Shown piece after piece: positions 50,195 through 63,230 of a DNA stretch of 64,000 nt. The translations under genes and the position numbers were made by a program. The DNA lies in assembly GCF_018350175.1 (NCBI RefSeq), contig NC_058369.1:1242001-1306000 (forward strand). The letters run 5' to 3'. Within the stretch, counting starts at the first letter, position 1, and every line of letters starts with the position of its first letter. Under the pieces are notes generated by a model, which saw nothing but the letters and a program-made list of their open reading frames with translations, was not told the origin of the DNA and did not search any database. This DNA comes from Felis catus (taxonomy: Eukaryota).

Positions 50195-50370
50195 TATCTG
50201 GCGGTGGTTTCGCCCCAGGGGACCTTGTCCAGGCAGGGGCCACGTCTGCACATCTGTGGTCTTCGCACTGGGGGCTCCTGGCATCGAGGGGGTGGGGCCA
50301 GAAATGCTGCTTGACCCCACACTGCCCAGGACGCCCTCCAGAGAACGATCCAGCCTTGAACGTCGTTGGG
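50195..50370. mobile_element. MER20-like DNA transposon
   Basis: gccccaggggac...ctggcatcgagggggtggggccagaaatgctgct. Confidence 0.65.
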
Positions 50371-50732
50371 GGTGGGGGTGGGGGAGGGGAAGGCAGACCC
50401 CGGTCTAGAGAGACTCTCCCCAGGTGGGTGCAGGAGGAAACATCTAGAATGTTCCAGCAGTACTGTCTCTTGGGATGAACGGCTGCAACTACCTCGTCTG
50501 GCCCAGTCTCTCACTTGCTGGCTCTGATGAAGCATGAGGCCGTGTTGAAGTGGCCCATGGGGCAGGGAGCCGAGGGTGGCCTCTGACCCACAGCCAGCAA
50601 GAGACTGCAGCCCTCAGTCCTGTAACTGCCGGGAGCCGAATTCTGCCGACAACCACGGGACCTCAAGCAGGTGCATTCCCAGGTGAGCCTCCGGGTGAAA
50701 ACACTTAAAAGTAACTTTATTTAAAACAAAAA

Positions 50733-50751
50733 ATTTTTTAATGTTTACTTA

Positions 50752-50801
<50 letters not shown>

Positions 50802-50968
50802 TGTGAGCGGGGGAGGGGCAGAGAGAGAGGGAGACACAGAATCCGAAGCAGGCTCCAGGCCCTGAGCTGTCAGCCCAGAGCCCGACGCGGGGCCCGAACT
50901 CACGGACCGCGAGATCATGACCTGAGCCGAAGTCGGATGCTCAACCAACCGGGCCACGCAGGTGCCCC
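50733..50968 (-). mobile_element. Can-SINE
   Basis: Reverse SINE with long (GA)n. Confidence 0.93.
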
Positions 50969-51139
50969 GAGATTCTCCCGTTTCAAGTGCACAGGTCGGG
51001 GCTGTCGGATACTCAGAGTTGTGCCCCCATCATCACTGTGTGTGTTTGGAAAGAACAAAGTGTGAAGATTTTGCTTTGAGTCTTACGTGAGGTTCTTCTG
51101 TGCTCGCGGGAGAATCAGTCTGTGTCTCTTTTGTCATCG

Positions 51140-51330
51140 GGCGATGGCAAACTTCCCTAATAGCCGGTAGTGGCTATTTTCAGCTCTGTGGGGCTAGGGG
51201 TCCCTGTACAGCCGCTTGGCTTTGCCACCGTAGCGCAGGAGCCCCCTAGGTCACAGGCAAATGAATGAGTGGAGCCGTGTGCCGATAAAACTTTATCTAC
51301 AAAAACGGACAGCGGGCTCCATGTAGCCAA
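51140..51330. mobile_element. MER58-like hAT DNA transposon
   Basis: aaatgaatgagtggagccgtgtgccgataaaactttatctacaaaaac. Confidence 0.75.
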
Positions 51331-52197
51331 TCCTGATCGGTGGCTGATGTGTTTAATATTGTCGTGAGCTAGTCTTGGGCGCTTGCTTTAAAGTATTCAT
51401 CCTTGCTGTTTTCCGAATTTTCGTTCTTTTGTAGATGATGTTTATCCTGTCTTTGTCTCTCTAGTTAATCTGAAAGGATATATATTAGTTTTCATTTTAT
51501 TAGTGGCTAACTATGTGCGTGTATGTATATAAACTATGTGTGTACATATAAGCATATTGAACTTAATTTTGCCAATATCATCATCTGTGAAATAGTATCT
51601 ACGGATTCTGGCCTTAAAAACATGAATATATTCAGGGACACCGGGCTGGCTCATTCGGTGGAGCATGTGACTTCATCTTGGGGCTATGAGTTTGAGCCCC
51701 GTGTCGGGTGTAGAGATTACTTAAAAATAAAGTCTTTAAAAAAAAAAAAAAAAGAATAGATCCAATTCACATCGTCTGCAAATGTGAATCTCTGTCTAGA
51801 AATTGCAGGAGAATCAACTTAAAATTTAAGAAGCCAGTTACTAAATCAGTTCCAAAAACAAGAGGCTTCCTCTATATGTCAGACATAATCATTTAGAAAG
51901 TACAATGGGAAAAAGGACGTCATGGAAAAACATTCATAGTAACAACCAAAAATAACTGGGAATTAACTTTAAAAGAAACGTGCAGATATGAAATGTCCAG
52001 GACAAGCAAATCCACAGAGACGGAAAATGGATTCATGGTTGCCAGGGGCTGTGGAGTGGGATGGGGGCCACAGCTCATAGGGACAGTTTTTTTTTTTTTT
52101 AGGGTGATGGAATATTCAAGAATTTGATGTTAATGGTCGCACAACTCTGAGTGCACTAACAACTACTGAATTGCCTACTTTAAAATGGCGAATTTTA

Positions 52198-52556
52198 CTT
52201 TTTTCTTTTTTTTAAGTTTTTTTCAAATTTTATTTTTAGTTTTTTAAAATTTACATCCCAATTAGCAATAGTGCAGCAATGATTTCAGGAGTAGATTCCT
52301 TAATGCCCCTCCCCCATTTAGCCCACCCCCCTCCCACACCCTCTCCAGTAACCCTCAGTTTGTTCTCCATATTTGTGAGTCTCTTACGTTTTGTCCCCCT
52401 CCCGGTTTTTATAGTATTTTTGCTTCCCTTCCCTTATGTTCATCTGTCTTGTCTCTTAAAGTCCTCATATGAGTGAAGTCATATGATTTGTCTTTCCATC
52501 CCTGTAGTTGCAAATGGCAAGATTTCATTCTTTTTGATTGCCGAGTAATACTCCAT

Positions 52557-52600
<44 letters not shown>

Positions 52601-52839
52601 ACATTTTCTTTATCCATTCGTCCACCGATGGACATTCGGGCTCTTTCCAGACTTTGGCTCTTGTCGATAGTGCTGCTATAAACACGGGGGTGCATGTGTC
52701 CCTTCGAAACAGCACACCTGTATCCCGTGGATAGATGCCTAGTGCAATTGCTGGGTCGTAGGGTAGGTAGTTCTCTTTTTAGTTTTTTGGGGAACCTCCA
52801 CACTGTTTTCCAGAGTGGCTGCACCAGCTTGCATTCCCC
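52198..52839 (-). mobile_element. 5'-truncated carnivore L1 3' end with internal (TA)n
   Basis: ORF2 C-terminal peptide ...CPSVDEWIKKMW...YYSAIKKNEILPFATT; TSD aaaatggcgaatttta at 52182-52197 and 52840-52855. Confidence 0.92.
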
Positions 52840-53357
52840 AAAATGGCGAATTTTAGAGTATGTCACGTGTGTCATTTGTTTTCAGGAGGCACCATGCTCA
52901 TTGTGGAGCCCGACACGCGGCTTGACCCTCACGAACCGTGAGATCATGACCTGAGCTGAGATCAAGAGTCGGATGCTTAACTGACTGAGCCACGCAGGCG
53001 CCCCTCAAGTTTTAAAACCATATGAAGAAAAGAGAAAGGAAAATGCAGTGTGCAGAGGTGCTGAGTGCTGGAAATGACAGAGGGACGCGTGTGGCCGGGG
53101 TAAATGGAGAGATACGCGGGACCGCAGGGATCGACCTATGTTCCAGAATGAACCTGGAACCACATTATTATGCAAATTAACCATTTTCACCAGAATCACA
53201 GAAGCAAGTTTTCTGGAACTGAAAGGAATTTTAAAGTCCATCGGCAATCTATACTTAGAATAGTCCAGAAAATATTAAAAAACAACAACGAGGAATTTAT
53301 ATTGGCAGATACAACCATTATTGTAACTTTATAAGGTACATTAAAATTGGAGCTGGA

Positions 53358-53598
53358 GGGGCGCCTGGGTGGCGCAGTCGGTTAAGCGTCCGACTTCAGC
53401 CAGGTCACGATCTCGCGGTCCGTGAGTTCGAGCCCCGCGTCAGGCTCTGGGCTGATGGCTCGGAGCCTGGAGCCTGTTTCCGATTCTGTGTCTCCCTCTC
53501 TCTCTGCCCCTCCCCCGTTCATGCTCTGTCTCTCTCTGTCCCAAAAATAAATAAAAAAACGTTGAAAAAAAAATTAAAAAAAAATGGCTTAAAAAAAA
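53358..53598 (+). mobile_element. Young felid-type Can-SINE (SINEC_Fc-like)
   Basis: Nearly identical to the copy at 16063; TSD taaaattggagctgga at 53342-53357 and 53599-53614. Confidence 0.93.
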
Positions 53599-55054
53599 TA
53601 AAATTGGAGCTGGAGGCAGCTAACTGCTAGAAGACCCAGAAAGAGCCCCGTGTAAATACATAGCACTCCTGATCTGTGCGGAAGGGCCACTCTGTGCTGC
53701 AGTAGGGGTTCCTTGTTATTTAAAAAATAAAAATTCCGGAACGCCCGGGGTGGCTCAGTGGATTAAGCGTCCCACTTCGGCTCAGGTTGTGATCTCATGG
53801 TTCGTGAGTTCGAGCCCCGTGCCGGGCTCTGTGCTGACAGCCTGGAGCCTACTTTGGGTTCTGTCTCCCTCTTTCTCTGTCCCTTCCCTGCTCATGTTCT
53901 CTCTCTCAAAAATAAACATTAAAAAAAATAAAAATGTCTCTAGAGCCTTACCTCACACCATTCGTGGAAATGAAACTCTCAAGTTTATCTAACGTTTAAT
54001 ATTTGAGAAAAGAAGAGGGGCACCTGCGTGGCTCAGTTGGTTAAGCATCTGACTCTTGGTTTTGGCTCAGGCCGTGATCTCACAGTTCCTGAGTTTGAGC
54101 CCTGCTTCAGGCTCTACACTTATAGCTCGGAGGCTGCTTGAGATTCTCTCTCTCCCTCTCTCTCTCCCCTTCCATGCTGTCCCTCTCTCAAAATAAATAA
54201 ACATTAAAAAAAAAACCCAAAACAGGGAGCCAGGGTGGCTCAGTCAGTTAAGCATCTGACTCTTGGTTTTGGCTTAGGTCATGATTGCACGGTTCAGTTT
54301 GTGAGATCAAGCCCTGATCGGGCTCTGTGCCAGCAGCTCGGAGCCTGCTTGGGATTCTCTCTCTGTCTCTCTCTGCCCGCCCCCCCCCCCCCCCGAACAA
54401 ATAATAAATAAATAAACATCTACAAAATAAAAAAAGAGGAAAACCATGAAGAACCAGAAGAAAACAGAGGTGAATATTTACATAACGGCCTCCCCAGCCC
54501 AAGTTTGTAAGCTTGTCACTAAGGGCAGAAAACGTCGAGGAAAAGAATGACCAAAAATGTGAAAGCTGGTAAAGAAGAAAAAAAAAAGTATGTTGAAATG
54601 ATCATAAAGTTAAACAAGAAACCAGGAGAAATTTGTGTAATATATATGACAAATTATATGCAAAAAAGCTTTTATAAGCAAGTATTATTAAAGGGTCTCT
54701 ACACCCAACATGTAAAGAGTTTTTAGAAACCAATAAGAAAAGACCACTTTCCGGTGGAAAAAAGGACAAAGGATATACGTTGGCAATATAAATGGTCGAC
54801 GTGCGGTGAGAGTGTTTTCCTATCAAATAGGTAATGACACGTGGCCTAACACCCAGTTTGGGGAGGATGTAAGGAAGTGGGATCCCTGAACCTGTGTAGA
54901 TGGGGATGTAAATTAGTGCCCCCTTTCTGCAGGGTACTCCCCAACTCATCAAAATGTCCTCCAGGGTAATGCCCTCTGACACACACAGACACCAACCCTG
55001 GCATTTTTACCTGTCTCCACAATCGGGGATATTTATAAAGATCTGACTAGAGAA

Positions 55055-55060
55055 TTTATT
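55055..55060 (-). terminator. MOB3A: Candidate MOB3A poly(A) signal AATAAA (a proximal candidate lies at 56733-56738)
   Basis: tttatt on + at the edge of unique sequence ~2.8 kb after the stop codon. Confidence 0.5.
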
Positions 55061-57888
55061 GTCGCCAAAGTCACGGCAACAACCAGGAGGCATCGGTTAA
55101 CTGATGGGGCACCTGCACGGTGCGTGCCTGGGCTTGTCCACACCGCCTGTCCGTCTGCATCACCCTGGGCCTGCCCCCGCTCCGTGGCCCCCACCTGCCT
55201 CTCCACTTGGTGGTCAAGACCAGAACCAGCATCTCGGTCCAGTACTTCACGGTCGGTTTTCAGGACGAAGAAAGGATCCAAGTCATTCCCACCTTGACTT
55301 TGCTTCCACCTCAGGAATCGCTGCAAAGCAACAGGGCCTGGGGAGGCCTCTGGCGAGGGCTGGTGCAACTAAGGAGGGGGTTCTGAGGGGTAGAGCCTGC
55401 CCCGGGGCGACTGCCAGTGACAGGGGCTCCTGATCTTCTGAGGTGGCCTCGCCCAGCTGTTCCCGAATTACCAGAACGTTCCTTCATGAACACCAGAGGC
55501 TGCCTCCTGCGTCGTTTCCGCGGGAATGATGTAGATTCCCACCACTCCTGGGAGTCCCCGCTGGCCAGGAGGGGGCTCGGCCAGCGGTCTTGTCCGAGCA
55601 GCCCCACCGTGCCCTCCCTTGTCCTCCCCGTCTGACCAGATTTCCATGCCAATGCCTGGCCCCCCATTACCTCTCCCGGCTGGACAGCTTCTGGGGTTTT
55701 GACGTGAACCACCCACCCCGTTTGGCCTCAGATCCCTGCGTTCCCAGCAGCCCGAGGCGGGGGGGGGGGGGGGTCTTAAGGCCACACACGATGGTTCTCT
55801 GACGGTTCTGGGCTCAGAAGTCCTTACACCCAGGTGTGGGCAGGGCCGGTTCCCCCAGAACCCCAGGGTCATCCCACCTCAGGGACCTTGACAAGGTCCC
55901 CTCTGTGCCATGAGGCGACAGGTCCCAGGACGAGGAAGGGGACATCTTTGGGGGTGATTACAAATGACAATAACAGCTCCCAAATTTTTAGCTGTTTCTG
56001 GAAATTGTGGTGCATTTGCAAAGTCAACGGGTAAGGAGACCATGGCTCCTTTAGAAGGTGTTTCCAGATAACGTGATTCCCGAGAAGCCGCTCAATTCCC
56101 ACGGAGACAGCACGCCCTCTAGGGGCGAGAAGCCAGCCCTGCCCCGGTTCCTGCGCAGCCCTACCCACCGCCGCTCCGTCTGCTCCCACTTGCCAGAGAC
56201 CCACGTCTGGGGGCCCCGGAACCGGGGCACGTGCATTGGAGAGGGACCCCATCTTGCACAGAAGAGCGAGCAGTCGGGGTGAATGACTCAGGTGTCTGCT
56301 CAGAGCTGGCTGCCCAGAAAACTCCTGGCTGGTTCTGCCCTATCACGCTGCAGTGGGTTCAACATGTTCTGGCTCCTTCTCCCGCACAGCAGAAACGCAG
56401 AGTTAAAATTGTGCCTAAGCACTGGCGACAACTGACGAAACAGAAACGGGGGACAGAGCACGTGCCTTCCCCACGGTTCTCAGCCTGTTTTCCGGGAACT
56501 TCCATCCTCACCACCCCATGAAATCCTAACTTCACCCATAGCCCGTGCGTCTGTTTACCTATCTGGGGCACTCTGGCGGGCCACCGGCCATCGTGACATC
56601 TAGGATCCCTCGCCCCTTGGGGATGAGGGCACCCTGGGGACAATGGCCGTGACATGTCCCAACACCGGCCCCCCCCCCCCACCAGGAAAATGGAAATGAC
56701 CACCAGCAGCCGCGGGTAAAAAAATGGCACAATTTATTCTGATGCTCGGGTGGGAACACCCGTGGGCGGGGAGGATGCAGAGGGTCCCCGCCACCGTCCC
56801 CGGCCTGGCCGCACGGCGGGAGCAGCTGGGAACCCTGGGGCGCACAGTGGTTCTGCGGTTTGGCTGTGGTCTTGCATGTGAAGGGGCGACATTCGACTGG
56901 ACAGTTTCCTCGTCCTGGGAGGCTGTCTTGCCAGGCCCCCCGCTGAGCTGGGCCCCGGAGGCTTCCGGAAGGACCGAGGCCCGAGCTCATGTTAATTGCA
57001 CTTGTTCGGTGTTGGGTGACGGTGCCCCTCACGTCTGCGAGCATCCCAGACACCCAGAGGTACTGAGTCGGCACGGTCCACACTGGAAGGGCAGCCACAG
57101 CGAGAGGCCACGGAGGATGTGTGGGCAGGCAGAGGCACGAACTCGGGGCAGAACGGGGCTTCCCGTGGTCACGTCGGTGCAGCCCCCGACGGGGCCCTGG
57201 CCACCCCTCCCAGGGCCCGTGGGAGACAGTGGTGGGATTCGGATCCCACAGCCACACAGGGCCACGCAAACAGAGGGTTTTGATGTGAAGCTGGCAGGCT
57301 CTGCAGGAGGACATTTGGCCAGCTAACATCTGGCAAGACTCAAAGATCCCGCCCAGGAGAGCGGTTCCAGGGGACTCATCCTGTGTTGTCCACACGGGAG
57401 AGGGGATATTTTTCTAAAGGGGAAGGCAGGCTCACGTATAGGAAAAGAAAAATCGTATCTTTCATGATCCACGAAGGGGTCCGGGGGGGCCGGGAGGCAG
57501 GCTGCGGGGTCCCTGTCGTACCTGTCGTGAAGCAGACACGGGGCTCCCAGGCGCCGGCTGCCCGCAGGGCACAGGTCCGTGCGGGCCCACTGGGCAAACG
57601 CAAGTGCTTTACAAACACAGTGGGTTTTCCCAGGTGCCCCGCACATACAACCACGGAGTCCAAGTTCAATGCTGGCCGAGGAGACGGGCTCAGGGTGGCC
57701 AGACCCACAGCTGCTGCATCTGGGATCGGGGAGGACTCGACCCCGGCGCTCAGCGTAGCCGCGACAGCATGGAGCTCCGATCACTCGCTGGACTTTCTAG
57801 AAAGCACGGGCCCATGTTCCGGAGACGTGGCCCTCAGGCTAGAGTGTCCCCTGGGCACTGCCTCGGTGGCCTCAGGGCCGAGCGGCGC

Positions 57889-57918
57889 TCAGTGGCACAT
57901 CCGTGCGGTCATTTCTTT
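57889..57918 (-). CDS. MOB3A: MOB kinase activator 3A, last coding exon (30 nt)
   Basis: KEMTARMCH*; AG acceptor at 57919-57920; three exons total 654 nt = 217 aa. Confidence 0.93.
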   Translation of the reverse strand, partial: KEMTARMCH

Positions 57919-58346
57919 CTGTTAAGAACGAGCAGGACGTCAGGTATCGAGAGGAGAAGGACAGAAACCACACCCCAGGAAAGCAGATCCGGTCTCAAGG
58001 GACCCGCGGGCTTCACTTCTCGCCAAACCTTACGAACAACGGGACAGATAACCGGGTGGGGGAGGGGGGCCCAAGCCATTCTGTGAAGGGCCAAAAAGGC
58101 AGTGTTGTCGAGGGAGAGCGGCCGCGGCAACGCGTAAACGCTAAGGCACGAAGACGTCTTGCCACATTCCGCGCGACGGCAGGACCCCGGGAGCCTCGGT
58201 GTGCAGGAGCAGCGGGCAGATCAGCACCAGCCCACGGCCTTTACACACGGCCTGGGGAAGTCTCGCTGGCCCCAGAAAGAACTGGAAGCATCGACACGGG
58301 AGAAATGATGAGGGTATCGAGGCACGAAGCTAAAAAAAAAAAAATC

Positions 58347-58755
58347 GGGGCACCTGGGTGGCTCACTCGGTTGAGCATCCGACTCTTGATTTCAGCTCAG
58401 GTCGTGAGCGTCTCGTGGTCGTGAAATCGAACCCCACACTGGGCTCTGCGCTGACCGGGCAGAGCCTACTTGGGATCCTCTCTGCCCCTCCCCCACTTCC
58501 TCTCTCTCTCAAAATAAATACGTAAACATGAAAATGAACGAGCAAACGAACAAACTGAGCCTCCTTTAAGCGTCTGACTTCAGCTCAGGTCACGATCTCA
58601 CGGTCTGTGGGTTCGAGCCCCGCAGGGCTCTGTGCTGATGGCTCGGAGCCTGGAGCCTGTTTTGGATTCTGTGTCTCCCTCTCTCTCTGCTCCTCCCCCA
58701 CTCCAGCTCTGCCTCGAACTCAAAACGAATAAACATTAAAAAAAAAAAAAAGAAA
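58347..58755 (+). mobile_element. Two Can-SINEs (~58347-58520; 5'-truncated ~58567-58755)
   Basis: SINE bodies and A tails. Confidence 0.88.
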
Positions 58756-59198
58756 GAAAGAAAGAAATCATTGCTTGGTCTCCAGCCAGGCAGTGAGGAC
58801 AAGGGTGGGGGAGACTGGGATGTCCGGGCCCGGCCACCGGGCCGCTGGTGTTTGCAGGGTCACCTCCCCAGGGTCCCCAAGGGCACGGCAGCCGCATCCC
58901 CGCCATGCCCGCCAGCGGGGGGCACAGAGCAGCCAGAACCAAAAGTAAGCCCGGGGGGGGGGGGGGGGGGGGGGGGGGTCCCGTGTGCCTGCCAGGAACC
59001 CGAACTGGGGGCCCACTCCACTCGAGTGTCACTGCGTCACAAATTTGGGCCCAAGCCCAAAGAACCCCCCTCCGCTCCCCTCTGCTGACTTCGGGCAGTG
59101 GAGCCGCGGGGGGGGCCGCCGCCAAGCCGGGGGTCTGGGCCCTGCGGACCAGCCCGGGACCCCAGCGTCCCCCCGCCCACCAGTCCCGGCCCGCTCAC

Positions 59199-59401
59199 CA
59201 GCGGCTCGAGCTCCTTGGTGTCGATGAGGCCGAACTCCTTGACGAAGTAGTAAAAGTGCTTGTAGCAGGTGTTGACGTGCGCCTCAGAGCCCATCTGCGC
59301 GATGCGGTCGAAGTGGTGGATGTAGACGTGCACGAACACGCGGAACAGTCGCGACAGGATCTTCCTCACCACCTGCAGGAAGTTCTTGGGGAACGGCGTG
59401 C
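59199..59401 (-). CDS. MOB3A: MOB3A second coding exon (203 nt)
   Basis: [31 protein letters not shown]...ELEPL; GTGAGC donor. Confidence 0.97.
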
Positions 59402-61419
59402 CTGTGGGCGGGGCGAGAGGCTCAGGGGGGCGGGGCCCCACCTCCCCCCTTCCCGACCCCACTTGGGTTCCGGCCCCGGGTTCCGGCCCGTGGGCGCCGC
59501 CCGGTTTCCGGTGAGGCTTCTTGTCCTTAGCAGACTCCTTGATGGGCTCCCGGTCCTCCTGCCCCCACCCCCGGTTCGTCTTTACCACGTCCTCTCGTTT
59601 GCCCTGGGCCGCGGTGGGTCGCGTCAGGCGCCCCCGCGTGCCCCTTCCACCCCCATCCGTTCACGTCCCTCCGTCCCGCGGCACGGACGGGGTGCAGCCA
59701 GCACGGGCAGGTGTGTGCCCGGGACCGGAAAGAGCCAGGGGCCCCCGTCCCCGACGTGAGGGGCGAGCAGCCCAGGGAGAGGACGCACAAGAGACGCCGC
59801 GCCCCGCGGGAAGCCCCCGTGTGCCGGGCGCACGTCCCCCCAGGTGGACACACCGGCGCGTGCGGGATGCGGGTGCGGGAAAGCTCTCAGCACGGCGCCG
59901 CAGCGAGAGCGGGACGGCCAGCCAGCGCCCCACGCGGCAGGGCCCACGGGCTGTCTGTCCTCTACCCGGAGGCAAGTGGGAGCGGACTGTGACCGGTGCA
60001 GCCTGACCCTGCGTGTCCCGGGCGCCGCCCTGCTCCCTCCCCTGTATCTGGGCCCGGGAGGCCTCTCAGGGCAGGGGAACGATGGTGCTGGCCCTCGGTC
60101 ATGGGCAAGCGTCCGAGCGTGGTGAACGGGCCGTTCCGGCCGACTCTGTGGAGGCTTTGCTCAGGCTCACTGAGGCCTGTGCACGTTCCCCGTCCCTCGA
60201 ATCTGGACGTGAAACCGAACGGTCTGTGGGTCCCTGCGGAGCAGATGCTTTCCTTGAAAGCCCCTGGAAGCCACGCGGTGGGACGGTCACCTCGAGGGCT
60301 GGCAGTCCCCACGCGCTGGGGCCCCTCATAGTGGAAAGAGGCTTTAAGCTCAGAAGGAACATCAGGCCCACAGCAAGCGGACAAACGGAGCCCCGGGGAG
60401 CCCGGCTCGGCACCGAACCCACACGGGGCCCGGGTGTGAGGCCGCCCCGGCCCCCGCTGCACCTCTGTCCTAGGACGGGAGCCGCCAAGGGCGTTCCTGG
60501 GTGAAGGGGGGCAGTTTATAGTAGGCTGGTCTGGATGGGTCTGACACAGAATCTCCCAGGACTAAGCCGCACATGCTCCTGAGGACTCTCCCGCGGGGTG
60601 CGAACCCGGCCCCGTCTGCTCTTAGAAATAAGGGGACACCGGGACACAGGTGCACCCATTTGTTTATGAATCGCCTACAGCAGCTTTCGGTCTATGACGC
60701 AGATGTGAGCCATCAAGACACATACCGTGTGGCCGGCAAAGCCGGAGAGATTTACCAACTGGTCCCCACGAGGAAAAGTGCGCAACCCCTGGTCCGACAT
60801 TAAGAGCACAGGCTGGTGGCTCGAGACCCAAGCGGACGCACAAGCGTGAACGGAACCCACACGGGAGCCGGGATGAAGCGTGGACCCTGTCCTTCCCTTG
60901 CGAAGCCACAAACCCAGCCCCAGGGGGTGCCCAGCACACAGGACCCCACTCTGCGTGAAGCATTTCCTCTGCCTGCCTGGCCAGGGCCCGGCAAGCCTCA
61001 GGGTGACGCTGGCCAGGCCGGACCCCCACCCGATGTGACCGTGTGGGATGGGCCTGGGGCCCTGAGAGCCTGAAGCACAAGGGCCCGTGTGAGGCCTCAG
61101 GGCCCCACTGGACGGCTGTGAGGCACCTGCCAAGTTACTTTTCTCTGCCTCTCGTCGGTGTCCTGTTCGGTAAGCTTAGGAGTCACCTTCTGTGGCGAGG
61201 GGCAGGCTTGGGGCCTCAAGCTCTAGGGTGCCAACCCCCCACCAAGGAGCGGGTGGGACCTGTTGGGGTCCCAGCAGGGCTGGCGGCCACAGTGACGGAC
61301 GGAGTGCACACGTGGAGGGGGCCCCGGGGGCCGGGCCTGAGACCTGTCTGCCCTGCTGCCGCTCGGGGATGCCGTGTCAACACTGGCGGGGACAGTCGAA
61401 GCCGTGTCCCAGGGAGTCT

Positions 61420-61735
61420 CCCGGTGCTACTGTAACAAACTATCACCGGCCTGGCGGCTTAAATGCCGGAAGCCACAAGTTCTGAGTCTGTCGCTAGCCT
61501 GCTGTTGGTCAAGGTGCTGGAGGCACTGTTCCCTCCGGAGGCTCCGGGGTCAGTCCGTGTCCTTGCTGTCTCTGGAAGCCCACGACCCCTCCCCCCTCCC
61601 CGGCTGCCGCGCCACCTTCTCTCTCAAGTCGGATCTCACTCTGCCTCCTTCTCACAAGGGCCCTTGTGACGACACTCAGGACGCAGCAGGACGATCCAGA
61701 GTCATCTCCCATCTCAGGGTCCTTAACTTGAAGAA
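61420..61735 (-). mobile_element. MLT1-type LTR
   Basis: gctactgtaacaaactatcacc...ggcttaaa...gatccagagtcatctcccatctcagggtccttaactt. Confidence 0.75.
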
Positions 61736-61739
61736 CAAT

Positions 61740-62045
61740 GTGCCCACCGCGCACGTGCACGTCCACAGACGACCGTGTTCCCCGCGCACGTGCACATCCC
61801 TCGGCCGCGAGCAGGGGCGAGGCGCCCACCCCCGCTGCCCCGCGGACGGACCCTGAACACGACGCTCAGGGTGGGAACCAGACACGAGAGGCCACGCGTG
61901 TGAAACGTCCAGAACAGGCTCATCCACGGACAGGAAGGGGGCTCATGGGTGCTGGGGGAGGGGGTGCTGGGGGAGGGGACTTCTTTCAGGGTGGTGGAAT
62001 GTTCCAGAACCAGTTGTAGCACTTGCATAAATCTGCGAACATATT
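61740..62045 (+). mobile_element. L1MB-type 3' end, GC-shifted (copy D)
   Basis: ttctttcagggtggtggaatgttccagaac...gttgtagcacttg. Confidence 0.7.
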
Positions 62046-62131
62046 ACTAAACGCCCCTGAACTGCCCGCTCGAGACGGGCCGACCGTAGGAACGCGAGTC
62101 CTACCCGCCCGGCCCGGCCGCCCCGACTCAC

Positions 62132-62552
62132 CCACGTGGGTGGGAAAGAGCTCCTCGTTGTTGATCTGCACCTCGATCCAGTCCATGAGCAGGTCCATGT
62201 AGCGGGGGGCCGACAGCGCCGTGGGCTTGCGGAACTGGTGCTCGTCTTGCCAGCGGTACTCGTACTTGGGGCCGCCGGACATGACCGGGCAGGACTGCTC
62301 CGTGCACTCGTCGCCGATGGTGCCGTAGATGAGGTTGACGCGGTTGAAGAAGTCCACCACGTGCACGGCCACCCAGTCGCTGAGCTCCTCGCCGGGGGGC
62401 AGTTGCACGGCCAGCTTCAGGTCGAGCCCCGCGTTCAGCGACGCCTGCGCCTTCTTGTGAAGCTCGAACCGCTGGGTGCCCGGCTCGAACTTGCGCTTGG
62501 GCCGGAAAGTCTTGTCCTTGTTGAAAACTTGCTTCAGGAAGGGGTTGGACAT
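62132..62552 (-). CDS. MOB3A: MOB3A first coding exon (421 coding nt; exon begins at 62678)
   Basis: [25 protein letters not shown]...[10 protein letters not shown]; Kozak ACCATG; GTGAGT donor. Confidence 0.97.
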
Positions 62553-62949
62553 GGTGGTTCTGTGCCCGGCCCGTGCTCCCCGGCGAGGCCTCTGCAGAGT
62601 GGCCCCGGGCAGGGCGCTGCGGTCAGCCGCGGGGACGGAGGACCGGAGATTCACAGCGTCCCCGGCCTCCCCCGAGATCTGGAACACAGAAAGGGGAGAA
62701 GGGTCACCTGTTTCTGGAAACCCTCTTTCAGAAGCACAAGGGGATGGATCGGGAGGCCCCGAGACTCGTGGTTTTCAGTTTCACGGAGAGGGCGCCGGTG
62801 GACACAACGGTCCACAACCTCGGCAGAAGGCGCTGAGGTAAAGCCCCCGACGAGCCAGAGCTGGCGGAGCCCCCGCTGTACAGCGGGAGGGGTCGTGTGC
62901 AAAGCCGCGCAGCGGCCAACGGCGACCGCAGCAGGTCAGTGGCGGCCAA

Positions 62950-63230
62950 GGGCGAAGGGAGGTCTCCATCCCTGGGACCTGCAAACGGACCTTATTTGGA
63001 AAAAGGTGCTTTGCGGAGGTGACTGAGCATCTCGGGACGCGCTCCTCCGGGTTATCCAGGTGTCCCTAGTCCGATGACGGTTGTCCTCGCAGAAGGACAC
63101 GCAGACACACGGGAGAAGTCTGCATGAGGATGGAGGTCAAGGGGGGGCACCAAGGATGGCCAGCACCGCCAGGGCCAGGAGAGGGCCGGGAGCAGACGTC
63201 ACCACCCTGAGGACATGCGCAGGAACCGCG
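62950..63230 (+). mobile_element. MLT1-type LTR
   Basis: gaccttatttggaaaaaggtgctttgcggagg...ccaaggatggccagcaccgccag. Confidence 0.75.

Larger units (their letters stand above)
51636..54990. mobile_element. AT-rich nest: old L1 ORF2 fragments (+) interrupted by an L1 3' end and Can-SINEs (~51636-51755, ~52870-53004, ~53737-53930, ~54018-54215, ~54224-54435)
   Basis: L1 ORF2-like A-rich segments (ggaattaactttaaaagaaacgtgcag; gggaggatgtaaggaagtggga) and multiple SINE heads/tails. Confidence 0.75.

Noticed and set aside
55033..57925. ORFs of 110-280 aa downstream of the MOB3A stop
   Set aside because: They fall in the probable MOB3A 3'UTR, with no recognisable domain or exon structure.
61986..63026. 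N-terminal extension of MOB3A and a 296-aa antisense ORF
   Set aside because: The extension starts at a non-ATG codon in the intron across the acceptor; the antisense ORF is the usual shadow of a high-GC3 exon.
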